Assembly (NCBI GenBank): GCA_026984515.1
Contig: JALSRZ010000062.1
Coordinates: 3,643-67,642, forward strand
From: Thiohalobacter sp.
GTDB lineage: Bacteria; Pseudomonadota; Gammaproteobacteria; DSM-19610
DNA: 64,000 nt
Reading direction: 5' to 3'
Within the stretch, counting starts at the first letter, position 1, and each line of letters begins with the position of its first letter. The notes beneath the pieces were generated by a model. It was not told the DNA's origin. It searched no databases and saw nothing but the letters and a program-made list of their open reading frames with translations. Positions 39,471 through 50,158 of this stretch are shown here, in pieces. A program made the position numbers and the translations under genes.

Positions 39471-41675
39471 ATGCGTGCGCCAGGACTGTTGTTCAACCGC
39501 TCGATCCCGTTCATTAAATGGATGTTGTGTCTCGTGGCGGTTACAGCCACTGTTGCCTGCAGTGATCAGCCCTGGAACAGCCCCTATCCCCCTGAACAGG
39601 CGGGACAGAATATCCTGTATTCCTCCTTCTCGGCCCGCCCCAACCACCTGGATCCGGCGCGTTCCTACAGTTCCAATGAAGTGGTGTTTACCGGACAGAT
39701 CTACGAACCACCCCTGCAGTATCATTTTCTCAAGCGCCCCTATCAGCTGGAGCCGCTCACCGCTACACAGCTGCCGGAAGCCTATTACCTGGACGCAGCC
39801 GGCCAGCGCCTGCCGGATGACGCAGCGGCTGAGGACATCGCCTACAGCGTATATGACATCACCATCCGGCCGGGTATCCGCTACCAGCCGCACCCCGCGT
39901 TCGCCAGGGACCGGCAGGGCCGTTATCGCTACCACGCGCTGCATGAACAGGACCTGGATGGCGTGAACGCGCTGGCGGATTTCAGCGCCACCGGCAGTCG
40001 TGAGCTGATTGCCGCGGATTACGTGTACCAGATAAAACGCCTTGCGCACCCGCGCCTGAACTCGCCGATATTCGGCCTGATGTCGGAGTACATCGTGGGT
40101 TTGAAAGAGTATGCAGCGACACTGGAGCGGGCGCTGGAGGAAAAGGGTACGGATCACTATCGGCTGAATCTTGCCGATTATCCGCTGGCCGGTGCCGAGG
40201 TGCTGGATCGTTACCGGTACCGCATACGGGTGAAAGGGAAGTACCCGCAGTTCCTGTACTGGCTGGCAATGCCGTTTTTTGCCCCGCTGCCGTGGGAAGC
40301 CGATGTGTTCTATTCACAGCCGGGCATGAAGGAGCGCAACATCACCCTGGACTGGTACCCGGTAGGTACCGGCCCCTACATGCTAACCGTCAATAATCCC
40401 AACCGCCAGATGGTGCTGCAGCGCAACCCGAACTTTCACGGTGAGACCTACCCGCGGGAAGGGGACCCGGGCGATGTGCAGGCCGGTTTCCTCGAAGACG
40501 CCGGTCGCCCGATGCCGTTCATCGATACCGTGATCTACAGCCTGGAGAAGGAAGCCATCCCCACCTGGAACAAGTTCCTGCAGGGCTACTATGACGTGTC
40601 CGGTGTCAGCTCCGACAGTTTTGACCAGGCGATACAGATCGGTTCCGGTGGCGACATTGCGCTGACGCCGGAGATGCAGAAAAAGGGCATACACCTCAGC
40701 ACTGCTGTGTCCACCTCGATTTTTTATATGGGGTTCAATATGCTCGACCCGGTGGTCGGTGGCGACGGTAAACGCGCGCGCCTGTTGCGCCGCGCGCTGT
40801 CGATCGCCATGGACTACGAGGAATACATCTCTATTTTCCGCAATGGTCGCGGTATCGCCGCCCAGAGTCCCCTGCCGCCGGGTATATTCGGTTATGTAGA
40901 GGGCAGGGAGGGGATCAACCCTTTTGTGTATGACTGGACTCCACAGGGTCCGCGGCGCAAGCCCATCGCCGAGGCACGCCGCTTGCTGGCCGAGGCGGGA
41001 TACCCGGACGGCCGGGATATCGAGACCGGCAAGCCGCTGGTGCTGTATTTTGACACCACGGGCGGTACGCCGGATTCCTCGGCGCAGCAGAACTGGCTCC
41101 GCAAACAGTTCGCCAGGCTGGACATCCAGTTGCAGATCCGCAATACGGATTACAACCGCTTCCAGGATAAAATGCTCAAAGGCACGGCGCAGATTTTCCA
41201 GTGGGGCTGGAACGCGGACTACCCGGACCCGGAAAATTTCCTGTTCCTGCTGTACGGCAAGAACGGCAAGGTCGAACACAATGGCGAGAATGCCGCCAAC
41301 TATAACAACGCGGAATACGACCGGCTGTTCGAGCAGATGAAGAACATGCGTAACGGGCCGGAGCGGCAGGCCGTGATCGACCGCATGGTGGCCATCCTGC
41401 GCAGGGACGCACCCTGGATTTTCGGGTTTCACCCCAAGGATTTTGTGCTCTACCACGACTGGTACCACAACGCCAAGCCCAATCTCATGGCCAACAATAC
41501 GCTCAAGTACAAGCGTATCGACCCGGCCCTGCGCGAATTGCGGCGCGAGGAATGGAATCGCCCGGTGGTCTGGCCACTGATACTGATCGTACTGGTACTG
41601 GTGGTTTCCGTACTCCCGGCCTGGATCGGCTACCGCCGGCACGAAAACCGGCGGGTGAAGGTGGTGAGCAGCTGA
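39471..41675 (+). CDS. Peptide/nickel ABC transporter substrate-binding protein (family 5) with C-terminal TM helix
   Basis: LDPARSYS, PVGTGPY and WNADYPDPENFL; lipobox-like TVAC; hydrophobic C-terminal segment. Confidence 0.88.
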   Translation: MRAPGLLFNRSIPFIKWMLCLVAVTATVACSDQPWNSPYPPEQAGQNILYSSFSARPNHLDPARSYSSNEVVFTGQIYEPPLQYHFLKRPYQLEPLTATQLPEAYYLDAAGQRLPDDAAAEDIAYSVYDITIRPGIRYQPHPAFARDRQGRYRYHALHEQDLDGVNALADFSATGSRELIAADYVYQIKRLAHPRLNSPIFGLMSEYIVGLKEYAATLERALEEKGTDHYRLNLADYPLAGAEVLDRYRYRIRVKGKYPQFLYWLAMPFFAPLPWEADVFYSQPGMKERNITLDWYPVGTGPYMLTVNNPNRQMVLQRNPNFHGETYPREGDPGDVQAGFLEDAGRPMPFIDTVIYSLEKEAIPTWNKFLQGYYDVSGVSSDSFDQAIQIGSGGDIALTPEMQKKGIHLSTAVSTSIFYMGFNMLDPVVGGDGKRARLLRRALSIAMDYEEYISIFRNGRGIAAQSPLPPGIFGYVEGREGINPFVYDWTPQGPRRKPIAEARRLLAEAGYPDGRDIETGKPLVLYFDTTGGTPDSSAQQNWLRKQFARLDIQLQIRNTDYNRFQDKMLKGTAQIFQWGWNADYPDPENFLFLLYGKNGKVEHNGENAANYNNAEYDRLFEQMKNMRNGPERQAVIDRMVAILRRDAPWIFGFHPKDFVLYHDWYHNAKPNLMANNTLKYKRIDPALRELRREEWNRPVVWPLILIVLVLVVSVLPAWIGYRRHENRRVKVVSS

Positions 41676-42652
41676 TGTTTGCCTATATTATACGCCGGGC
41701 CCTGTATGCCATCCCCATCCTGGTGGGCGTCAACCTGCTGACCTTCGTGCTGTTCTTTGTCGTGAACAGCCCCGACGACGTGGCACGCATGCACCTGGGG
41801 ATGAAACGCGTGACCCCCGAGGCCATCGAAAAGTGGAAAGAGGAGCACGGTTACAGTCGTCCCCTGTTGTACAACGCGGATGCCAGTGGCACCGGCAAGC
41901 TGACGGAGACGATTTTCTACGACAAGTCCGTGCGCCTGTTTGCCTTTGATTTCGGTTCCTCGGATGCCGGCCGGGACATCGGCGAGGATATCAGCCAGCG
42001 TATGTGGCCCAGCCTGGCCATTGCGCTGCCGACCCTGCTGATCGGTTTGCTGGTCAATATCAGTTTTTCCATGCTGCTGGCTTTCTTCCGCGGCACTTAC
42101 CTGGACCTGTCGGGGGTTATGCTGTGCGTGGTGCTGATGTCCATCTCCGGACTGTTCTATATCATCGGCGGTCAGTACCTGTTCAGTAAACTGCTGCACC
42201 TGGTGCCCGTCTCCGGCTACGAGCCGGGCCTGCAGGCCTGGCGCTTTATCCTGTTACCGGTCGTCATTGGCGTGTTTTCCGGCATCGGTTCCAGCAGTCG
42301 CTGGTATCGCACCATCTTCCTGGAGGAGATCAACCGTGACTACGTGCGCACCGCGCGCGCCAAGGGCCTGCCGGAAGTCCGCCTGCTGTTCCGGCACGTG
42401 CTGAAAAATGCCCTGGTGCCGATTCTCACCGGTATTGTCGTGGTGCTGCCGCTGCTGTTCATGGGCAGCCTGATCATGGAATCCTTTTTCGGCATACCCG
42501 GGCTCGGCAGTTACACCATCGAAGCGATCCAGACCCAGGATTTTGCCATTGTGCGCGCCATGGTGTTCCTGGGTTCGGTACTGTATATCCTGGGCCTGCT
42601 GCTGACGGATATCTCCTACACCCTGGTCGACCCGAGGATACGCCTGTCATGA
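41675..42652 (+). CDS. ABC permease (OppB/DppB-like)
   Basis: DYVRTARAKGL EAA motif and FGIPGLG. Confidence 0.92.
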   Translation: MFAYIIRRALYAIPILVGVNLLTFVLFFVVNSPDDVARMHLGMKRVTPEAIEKWKEEHGYSRPLLYNADASGTGKLTETIFYDKSVRLFAFDFGSSDAGRDIGEDISQRMWPSLAIALPTLLIGLLVNISFSMLLAFFRGTYLDLSGVMLCVVLMSISGLFYIIGGQYLFSKLLHLVPVSGYEPGLQAWRFILLPVVIGVFSGIGSSSRWYRTIFLEEINRDYVRTARAKGLPEVRLLFRHVLKNALVPILTGIVVVLPLLFMGSLIMESFFGIPGLGSYTIEAIQTQDFAIVRAMVFLGSVLYILGLLLTDISYTLVDPRIRLS

Positions 42653-44061
42653 TTCAGCCCGTATTGCTGTGGACCGATGCGCTGATCTTTGTACTGCTGG
42701 TGGTGGTGCTGGTCTTTGCCTGGGTGGCGCGTGGCAGGGAACACCTGCGGGCACCCTGGCGCGAAGTGGTACGCAGCCGTATCGCCGTGGCGTCACTGGT
42801 GGTGCTGGGCGTCTACACGGTCACCGGGCTGCTGGATTCGGTACACTACCGCAAGGCCCTGCCGACGCAGGATGGCCAGCAGGAGACCCAGTATTCAGGG
42901 GACGTGCTCAGCCTGCTCGATACTCTGCTGGGCCCCTTGCGCACCCAGGAAGAGAAAACCTACTCGGCGCCTTTTGCTACACAGCTGTATGCAAAGGAGA
43001 CAGTGAGCGGTCCGGATGGCACCCAGACGCGGATGTTTCCGCGCCTGAAATACGGTGGCGCGCACCTGAGTGACCCGGCAAGCCAGAAGGGGGCTGACAT
43101 CGCGCGCCGCTCTGCGCTGGCGCTGGCCGAGGCAGTGGCGGTCCTGCTGTTGTTGTACGGCTTGCTGGGCCTGCGCCTGGCGCGCAAGTGGCGCCGCTCC
43201 TGGCGGGCGGCAATGGGTACCATTGCCAGCGGGAAGGCGGAGGTCCCCTGGCGAACGGCGTTACTGACCCTGGCGGTGTTTGTGCTGTTGATTACGCTGA
43301 TGATCAACCTGTCTGCCGCCTACCATGTGCTCGGCACCGACAAGGTGGGCCAGGATGTGCTGTACCAGACCATCAAGAGTATCCGTACCGGCCTGGTGAT
43401 CGGCACCCTCACCACCCTGGTTATGCTGCCGTTCGCCGTGTTCCTGGGGATGATGGCCGGGTATTTCCGGGGCTGGGTGGACGATGTGATCCAGTACCTG
43501 TATACCACGCTCAACTCAATCCCGGGTGTATTGCTGATTGCCGCTGCGGTACTGATGATGCAGGTCTATATGGCCAATCATCCGGAACTGTTCGAGACCA
43601 TGGCGGAACGCGCCGATCTGCGCCTGCTGTTCCTGTGCCTGATCCTGGGTATCACCAGCTGGACCGGCCTGTGCCGCCTGCTGCGCGGTGAAACCCTGAA
43701 ACTGCGCGAGCTGGATTACGTGCAGGCAGCCGATGCCTTCGGTGTGTCAAAATCCAGCATCCTGCTCCGTCACCTGCTGCCGAACCTGATGCACCTGGTG
43801 ATGATTGCCGTGGTGATCGATTTCAGCGGCCTGGTGCTGGCCGAGGCCGTGTTATCGTACGTTGGTGTCGGCGTCGATCCAACCACCCAGAGCTGGGGCA
43901 ATATGATCAACCGTGCGCGCCTGGAGATGGCGCGCGAACCGATGGTGTGGTGGTCGCTGCTGGCGGCGTTCAGCTTCATGTTCGTGCTGGTGCTGGCGGC
44001 CAATCTGTTTTCCGATGCGGTACGGGATGCTTTCGATCCCCGCTTGCGGGCGCAACGATAA
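42649..44061 (+). CDS. ABC permease (OppC/DppC-like, extended N-terminus)
   Basis: LGTDKVGQDV, DYVQAADAFG and DAVRDAFDPR. Confidence 0.92.
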   Translation: MIQPVLLWTDALIFVLLVVVLVFAWVARGREHLRAPWREVVRSRIAVASLVVLGVYTVTGLLDSVHYRKALPTQDGQQETQYSGDVLSLLDTLLGPLRTQEEKTYSAPFATQLYAKETVSGPDGTQTRMFPRLKYGGAHLSDPASQKGADIARRSALALAEAVAVLLLLYGLLGLRLARKWRRSWRAAMGTIASGKAEVPWRTALLTLAVFVLLITLMINLSAAYHVLGTDKVGQDVLYQTIKSIRTGLVIGTLTTLVMLPFAVFLGMMAGYFRGWVDDVIQYLYTTLNSIPGVLLIAAAVLMMQVYMANHPELFETMAERADLRLLFLCLILGITSWTGLCRLLRGETLKLRELDYVQAADAFGVSKSSILLRHLLPNLMHLVMIAVVIDFSGLVLAEAVLSYVGVGVDPTTQSWGNMINRARLEMAREPMVWWSLLAAFSFMFVLVLAANLFSDAVRDAFDPRLRAQR

Positions 44062-44064
44062 ATC

Positions 44065-46101
44065 ATGAGTGACGCACTTTTACAGGTCAGGGATCTGAGT
44101 GTCTGGATCGGTTCCGGCGCAGGCGCCATCCGCCCCGTGGACGCGGTCAGCTTCCATATCCGGCGCGGCGAGACCTTTGCACTGCTGGGAGAATCGGGTT
44201 GTGGCAAATCCATGACGGCACTGGCGCTGTTGCGCTTGTTGCCGCAGCCGGCCGGCGAGATCATTGGCGGGTCCGTGCAGTTGCACGGCGAGGAGCTGCT
44301 GGCTCTGCCGGAAACCGGTATGCGCAGCATACGCGGCGGGCGCATTGCCATGATCTTCCAGGAGCCGATGACCTCGCTGAACCCGGTAATGACCGTCGGT
44401 GCGCAGATCGCGGAAAGCCTGGAGCAGCACAAGGGGCTGCGCGGCAGCCAGGCGCAACGGCGGGTAATCGAGTTGCTGGATGATGTCGGCATCCCGGATG
44501 CCGCACGCCGCTATGGTGAGTACCCGCACCAGCTGTCCGGTGGCATGAAACAGCGCGTCATGATCGCGATCGCGCTGGCCGGTGACCCGGAGCTGCTGAT
44601 TGCCGATGAACCGACCACCGCGCTGGATGTGACCATCCAGGCACAGGTACTGGACCTGATCCGGCGGTTGCAGGAAAAACGCGGTATGGCCGTGCTGCTG
44701 ATCACGCACGACCTGGGTGTGGTCTCGGAAATGGCAGACCGCATTGCCGTGATGTACGCCGGTCAGCTGGTGGAGCAGGCCCCGCGCAACGTGTTCTTCG
44801 GCCATGCACAGCACCCCTACAGCGACAGGCTGTTTGCCGCCCTGCCGGACAGCAGTAAACGCACACAACGGCTTACCGTCATACCGGGCACCGTGCCGCC
44901 GCTCAATCAGACCTTCCATGGCTGCCGTTTTGCCGATCGCTGCGAGCGTGCCTGGGATACCTGCAGGAGCCAGGTTCCGGACTGGTTCGATACCGGGGTG
45001 GAACAGGGCGTGCGCTGTCATCTCGCGGATGCAACGCTGACGCCGGCGGCGGCGCAGGGAGTTGCCGGTGCCGATGAACCGGGGCCGGCTGTCCAGGCCG
45101 GTGGCGCAGGGAAGGAGACCTTGCTGAAAGTCGATGATCTGAAAGTGCACTTCCCTATCCACAGGGGATTCTTCAAGCGGGTCGTTGGCCAGGTGCGCGC
45201 CGTTGACGGCGTCAGCCTGTCGATCAACGAGGGGCAGACCCTGGCGCTGGTAGGCGAGTCCGGTTGCGGCAAGACCACCGTGGGCAAGGGTATTCTGCAA
45301 CTGCTGGATACCACGGCCGGCAGCGTACGTTTCGATTCCGTCGAGCTGACACAACTCCGTGGCGAAGCGCTGCGCAGCCGGCGCTCCGATTTCCAGATTA
45401 TTTTCCAGGACCCGTATTCCTCCATGAACCCGCGCATGCGTATCGTGGATATCATCGAAGAAGGCATGATCGCCCAGCGCATCGGTAGCAGTGCGCAGCA
45501 GCGCAGGCAGCGCGCGCAGGAGCTGTTGCGCCAGGTCGGACTGCGGCCCGAGCATATCCACCGCTACCCGCACGAGTTCTCCGGTGGCCAGCGCCAGCGC
45601 ATCTGTATCGCGCGGGCCCTGGCCGTGGAACCGAAGCTGATCGTGTGTGACGAGCCAACCAGTGCGCTGGATGTGTCGGTACAGGCGCAGATTCTCAACC
45701 TGCTGCGCGACCTGCAACGCGAACTGGGCCTGTCCTTCCTGTTCATCACCCACGATCTGTCCGTCGTTTCCTATATCGCCGACCGGGTAGCCGTCATGTA
45801 CCTGGGTCGCATCGTGGAAGAAGGCGAGGTCAGCGAGGTGCTCGAGGATCCTGCACACCCCTACACCCGGGCGCTGCTTTCCGCCGTGCCGCAGGTCAAT
45901 CGTGATGAGCGGCGCGAGAAGATCCATCTGGAAGGTGATTTGCCGTCACCGTCCAGCCCGCCGCAAGGCTGCCATTTTCACCCGCGCTGTCCGCAGGCCC
46001 TGCCTGAATGCGCGCTGCGCTATCCACCGGTTACACACCCGTCGGCGACCCGCATGGTACGCTGCCACCTGGTATCCGATGCCGCCGCTGAACGCGCATG
46101 A
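44065..46101 (+). CDS. Fused dual-ATPase ABC subunit (OppD/F-like)
   Basis: Two Walker A motifs ([16 protein letters not shown]), [16 protein letters not shown], Cys-rich C-terminal oligopeptide domains. Confidence 0.93.
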   Translation: MSDALLQVRDLSVWIGSGAGAIRPVDAVSFHIRRGETFALLGESGCGKSMTALALLRLLPQPAGEIIGGSVQLHGEELLALPETGMRSIRGGRIAMIFQEPMTSLNPVMTVGAQIAESLEQHKGLRGSQAQRRVIELLDDVGIPDAARRYGEYPHQLSGGMKQRVMIAIALAGDPELLIADEPTTALDVTIQAQVLDLIRRLQEKRGMAVLLITHDLGVVSEMADRIAVMYAGQLVEQAPRNVFFGHAQHPYSDRLFAALPDSSKRTQRLTVIPGTVPPLNQTFHGCRFADRCERAWDTCRSQVPDWFDTGVEQGVRCHLADATLTPAAAQGVAGADEPGPAVQAGGAGKETLLKVDDLKVHFPIHRGFFKRVVGQVRAVDGVSLSINEGQTLALVGESGCGKTTVGKGILQLLDTTAGSVRFDSVELTQLRGEALRSRRSDFQIIFQDPYSSMNPRMRIVDIIEEGMIAQRIGSSAQQRRQRAQELLRQVGLRPEHIHRYPHEFSGGQRQRICIARALAVEPKLIVCDEPTSALDVSVQAQILNLLRDLQRELGLSFLFITHDLSVVSYIADRVAVMYLGRIVEEGEVSEVLEDPAHPYTRALLSAVPQVNRDERREKIHLEGDLPSPSSPPQGCHFHPRCPQALPECALRYPPVTHPSATRMVRCHLVSDAAAERA

Positions 46102-46607
46102 GCAAGGCAACAAAAACACTGTACCTGGTTCGCCATGCCAAATCGTCCTGGGGTGAGCCCGGGCTTGCGGACCGGGATCGGCCCCTGAACAAACGCGGCG
46201 CCGGCGATTGCCGGGAGATGGGGCAGCGGTTGCAGCGGCGTGGCTGGATACCGGAACGGGTGTTTTCCAGTCCGGCCCGTCGGGCCATCGACACGGCACG
46301 CTGTATTGCGCGGCAGCTGCCTTACCCCGAGGCAGAGATCAGCGTGGAGGAAACCATGTACTGTGGCGGCGCCGCTGCCCTGAACGCGGTTCTGCAACGG
46401 GTCGACGAGCACCTTGCCAGCGTGATGCTGGTCGCTCACAACCCCGATATGACCGAACTGGTGAATCGGCTGTGCGGAGCCGTGATCGACGCTATGCCGA
46501 CCTGTGCCGTTGCCGTGGTCCGGCTCGACACGGACTACTGGCTGGAAGCCGGCGCCGGTACCGGTGAACTGACGGATTATGATTTCCCGAAAAATACCGG
46601 TCGCTGA
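46098..46607 (+). CDS. SixA-like histidine phosphatase
   Basis: LVRHAKS, SSPARRA and LVAHNP. Confidence 0.88.
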   Translation: MSKATKTLYLVRHAKSSWGEPGLADRDRPLNKRGAGDCREMGQRLQRRGWIPERVFSSPARRAIDTARCIARQLPYPEAEISVEETMYCGGAAALNAVLQRVDEHLASVMLVAHNPDMTELVNRLCGAVIDAMPTCAVAVVRLDTDYWLEAGAGTGELTDYDFPKNTGR

Positions 46608-46765
46608 AAACGCGTTACCCGGCGCTTCAGAAGCGTGCCGGGCATCTGCATGGAAGTGATCCATGATCATGGCCGGAAACGCCTGCAATCCGTAGCGCAT
46701 GTCAGGGAATTCCGTTGTCCGCATCGTGCTAGACTGCCGGAACTTTTTTTAAAGGGCAGGCAACA

Positions 46766-47950
46766 ATGAACAGTACATCCTTTCATCCCCCGGTTCGCAC
46801 CCTCATGGGACCAGGACCCTCCGACGTGAACCCGCGCATCCTGGAGGCCATGTCACGCCCGACCATCGGACACCTGGACCCGGCGTTCGTCGGCATGATG
46901 GACGACATGAAGGGTCTGCTGCGGTATGCCTTCCAGACCGGGTATGAACTGACCATGCCGGTTTCCGCACCGGGATCCGCCGGGATGGAGACCTGTTTTG
47001 TCAACCTGGTGGAGGCGGGTGACAAGGTGGTGGTGTGCCAGAACGGCGTATTCGGCGGCCGTATGAAAGAAAATGTCGAACGCTGTGGTGCAACGCCCGT
47101 CATGGTCGAGGACGAATGGGGCCGGGCAGTCGACTGCAACAAGGTTGAAGACGCATTGAAAGCCAACCCGGACGCGAAGGTACTGGCCTTTGTGCACGCC
47201 GAGACCTCCACCGGCGCCCTGTCGGATGCGAAAACGCTGGCTGAAATCGCGCACGCGCATGATTGCCTGATCATTGCCGACTGCGTTACATCGCTGGGTG
47301 GATCACCATTGAAGGTGTCGGCGTGGGGCCTGGACGCCGTGTACTCCGGCAGCCAGAAGTGTCTTTCCTGCACGCCGGGCCTGTCACCGGTCACGTTCAG
47401 TGAGCGCGCTGTCGAAGTGATCAAGGGACGCAAGAGCAAGGTGCAGAGCTGGTTCCTGGACCTGAACCTCGTGCTCGGCTACTGGGGCAGTGGAGGTAAG
47501 CGCGCCTACCATCACACTGCACCGGTCAATGCCCTGTATGGTTTGCACGAAGCACTGGTGCTGCTGCAGGAGGAAGGTGTCGAAGCGGCCTGGCAACGAC
47601 ACAGTTTCAATCACAGTGCGTTGCGCGCCGGCATCGAGGCCATGGGTCTGTCCTTTGTGGTCGATGAGGCAGACCGGTTGCCGCAACTGAATTCAGTAAC
47701 GATTCCGGACGGGATCGACGATGCGAGCGTGCGGGCCAGGCTGTTGCAGGAATACAGCCTCGAAATCGGGGCGGGACTGGGACCGATGGCCGGCAGGATC
47801 TGGCGTATCGGCCTGATGGGCTTTGCCAGTAACCAGCGCAATGTGCTGCTGTGTCTGGGTGCGCTGGATGCAGTGCTGGCGGATATGGGCGCGCCGACTG
47901 CCGCGGGTGTGGCGGTTGAAGCAGCGATGAACGTGTACGCGCAGGCCTGA
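46766..47950 (+). CDS. Alanine/serine-glyoxylate aminotransferase family (class V PLP)
   Basis: LMGPGPSDV, HAETSTG, SGSQKCLS and WRIGLMG. Confidence 0.92.
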   Translation: MNSTSFHPPVRTLMGPGPSDVNPRILEAMSRPTIGHLDPAFVGMMDDMKGLLRYAFQTGYELTMPVSAPGSAGMETCFVNLVEAGDKVVVCQNGVFGGRMKENVERCGATPVMVEDEWGRAVDCNKVEDALKANPDAKVLAFVHAETSTGALSDAKTLAEIAHAHDCLIIADCVTSLGGSPLKVSAWGLDAVYSGSQKCLSCTPGLSPVTFSERAVEVIKGRKSKVQSWFLDLNLVLGYWGSGGKRAYHHTAPVNALYGLHEALVLLQEEGVEAAWQRHSFNHSALRAGIEAMGLSFVVDEADRLPQLNSVTIPDGIDDASVRARLLQEYSLEIGAGLGPMAGRIWRIGLMGFASNQRNVLLCLGALDAVLADMGAPTAAGVAVEAAMNVYAQA

Positions 47951-47963
47951 TCGAGCCGCCAGG

Positions 47964-47999
47964 GCGTAAAAAAGGGGGCGGATGCCCCCTTTTTTACGC
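47964..47999. terminator. Bidirectional intrinsic terminator
   Basis: GCGTAAAAAAGGGGGC-GGAT-GCCCCCTTTTTTACGC between convergent genes. Confidence 0.88.
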
Positions 48000-48012
48000 A
48001 ACGTGTTTCAGC

Positions 48013-48972
48013 TTACTTCGGCTGTTCCCCACTGTTGGTTTCGTGGGCCGCTTCGTCCTTCTTTTCTTCAGCGGGTTTGGCCGCCGCTTTGGCGGATTCA
48101 GCTGGAGCGGCAGAGTCAGCCGGCGCAGCCGGTGTGTTCATGACGATCTTTGCGCCTTCCCGCAGTCCGCTGATGTACTGTTGCACACGCTGCTTCTGCA
48201 CAAACGCCTGCAGCTGCGGTTTTACCTGCTCAAAGGAGGGCGGGGTGGCCGTGCGCGAATCATCGAGCATAATGATGTGCCAGCCGAACTGGGTCTTGAC
48301 CGGTTCTTTTGTGTAGGTACCTTTTTCCAGTTTTGCAGCGGCTTCGGAGAACGGGGCGACCATCTGCTTGGGCGAGAACCAGCCCAGCTCGCCACCGCTC
48401 TTGCCGGATGGCCCGGTGGAGTTGGCCTTGGCCAGTTCAGAGAAGTCAGCGCCATTGTCCAGCTCTTTAATCAGCTTTTTGGCCGTTTCCTCGTCGTCGA
48501 CCAGGATATGCCGTGCCTTGTACTCGTTGCCTTTCGGCACCTGCTCGTCGTAGAGCTTTTTGAGTTCTTCGTCGGTGATCGGGTGGTCCGTCAGGTACTG
48601 CTGTATGGCGGCCGAGGCCAGTACCGCGCGTTTCTGCTGTTCCACCTGCAGCTGGAGTCTGGTGTCTTTGCCCAGACCTTTCTTTTCAGCGCTCTGGCGC
48701 GCCAGTTCCAGGTTGATGACCTCGTTCAGGATGGTGTCACGGTTCATGGCAGCCGGGTTGCCGGGCGCGCGGGCCTGCATCTGCTGTTGATACAGCGTGA
48801 ACACCGCTTCGGTGATCGGCGCACCGTTTACCGTCGCCAGTACCGGGCTGGTGTCGTTGACCGTGGCAGCAGCGGCTGAGGGCGGGGTGTTCTGTGAAGC
48901 GGTCGGCCGCTGGTCACAGGCGGCAAGCAGTCCGCTGAGTGCCAGGGCAAGGCTGAGATAACGTAGTTTCAT
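48013..48972 (-). CDS. Parvulin (PpiC-type) PPIase lipoprotein
   Basis: Lipobox LAAC; YKARHILV, GGELGWF and KTQFGWHII. Confidence 0.92.
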   Translation of the reverse strand: MKLRYLSLALALSGLLAACDQRPTASQNTPPSAAAATVNDTSPVLATVNGAPITEAVFTLYQQQMQARAPGNPAAMNRDTILNEVINLELARQSAEKKGLGKDTRLQLQVEQQKRAVLASAAIQQYLTDHPITDEELKKLYDEQVPKGNEYKARHILVDDEETAKKLIKELDNGADFSELAKANSTGPSGKSGGELGWFSPKQMVAPFSEAAAKLEKGTYTKEPVKTQFGWHIIMLDDSRTATPPSFEQVKPQLQAFVQKQRVQQYISGLREGAKIVMNTPAAPADSAAPAESAKAAAKPAEEKKDEAAHETNSGEQPK

Positions 48973-49005
48973 GGTGTCTTCCTTAATCTACGGGGTTGGT
49001 GTGAA

Positions 49006-49281
49006 TCAGGTGCCTGTTTCCCCAGGCGTGGATGCCTTGATGCTCAAGGCGTGAATTTCACTGTGCATGATGTCGTCCAGTGCGGTAAAGATCATGCGGT
49101 GGCGCTGGATCGGGTTTTTGCCCGCAAACGCAGCGGAGACGATCTCGACCACGAAATGCCCGGCGCCACCGGCGCTGGCGTGTCCGGCGTGTTTTGCGCT
49201 CTCGTCGATGATTTCCAGGGCGTCGGGTACAAAGGCGCGGTTCAGGCGCTCGCGGATCATGGCAATACGTTCTGTGCTCAT
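49006..49281 (-). CDS. bolA: BolA family protein
   Basis: DESAKHAGH, HFVVEIVS.AF.GK..IQRHR and IHALSI. Confidence 0.93.
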   Translation of the reverse strand: MSTERIAMIRERLNRAFVPDALEIIDESAKHAGHASAGGAGHFVVEIVSAAFAGKNPIQRHRMIFTALDDIMHSEIHALSIKASTPGETGT

Positions 49282-49580
49282 CAGGGTAACACTTTCCTGA
49301 AAGGTTTAACGGTTACGCTGGCGTAGACGCCGGCGGCGACATACGGGTCGGCATTCCCCCATGCCTGCGCATCCTGCAGCGAATCGAATTCCGCCACCAC
49401 CAGGCTGCCGGTAAAGCCGTCGGGTCCCGGGTCCTCGCAGTCGATGGCCGGGTGCGGACCAGCCAGCACCAGGCGCCCCTCGTCACGCAGTTGTTGCAGG
49501 CGTTTGACATGTTCGGGGCGAGCCGCCAGTCGCTGGTCGAGTGTGCCAGGATGATCCTGGCTGATAAAGGCGTACAGCAT
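49281..49580 (-). CDS. yciI: YciI family protein
   Basis: [27 protein letters not shown] and DPYVAAGVY; real start ATG 49580. Confidence 0.92.
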   Translation of the reverse strand: MLYAFISQDHPGTLDQRLAARPEHVKRLQQLRDEGRLVLAGPHPAIDCEDPGPDGFTGSLVVAEFDSLQDAQAWGNADPYVAAGVYASVTVKPFRKVLP

Positions 49581-50131
49581 CAGGACTCTTCTTCGATTTT
49601 TTCGTGATCCTGGATATAGCGGCTGAGGTAAAAGGCCTGGCCGATGACAAACGCGAAGGTGATGCCGAGCATCCCGAACAGTTTGAAGTTGACCCAGGCC
49701 TCTTCCGAATAGGTGAACGCCACGTACAGGTTGAGCAGGCCGATGCCGGCGAAAAAGGTCACCCACATCCAGCTCAGCCGCAGCCATACCGGCCGCGGCG
49801 CCTGGATGGCGTGGCTCATCATGCGTTCCACCAGCGGCTTGTCACCGATCCAGTGGCTGGCCAGGAAAACGACCGCGAACAGCCAGTTGATCACGGTCGG
49901 CTTCCACTTGATAAAGACCGGGTCGTGCAGCACCAGGGTCAGTCCGCCAAACACCAGCAGCAGCCCGAGTGTGACCAGGTGCATTTTTTCAAAACGACGG
50001 TGCCTGAACCAGAACGCGAAGGTCTGGACGGCGGCGGCACCCATCGCCACTGCGGTCGCCACGTAGATGTCGTACATCTTGTAGGCGACAAAGAACAGCA
50101 GGATCGGGAAAAAGTCGTAAAGAAACTTCAT
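49580..50131 (-). CDS. yciB: Inner-membrane septation protein YciB
   Basis: [21 protein letters not shown] and WVNFKLFG. Confidence 0.95.
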   Translation of the reverse strand: MKFLYDFFPILLFFVAYKMYDIYVATAVAMGAAAVQTFAFWFRHRRFEKMHLVTLGLLLVFGGLTLVLHDPVFIKWKPTVINWLFAVVFLASHWIGDKPLVERMMSHAIQAPRPVWLRLSWMWVTFFAGIGLLNLYVAFTYSEEAWVNFKLFGMLGITFAFVIGQAFYLSRYIQDHEKIEEES

Positions 50132-50158
50132 GGTTTCAGGTTTTCGGCCATCTCTTCG

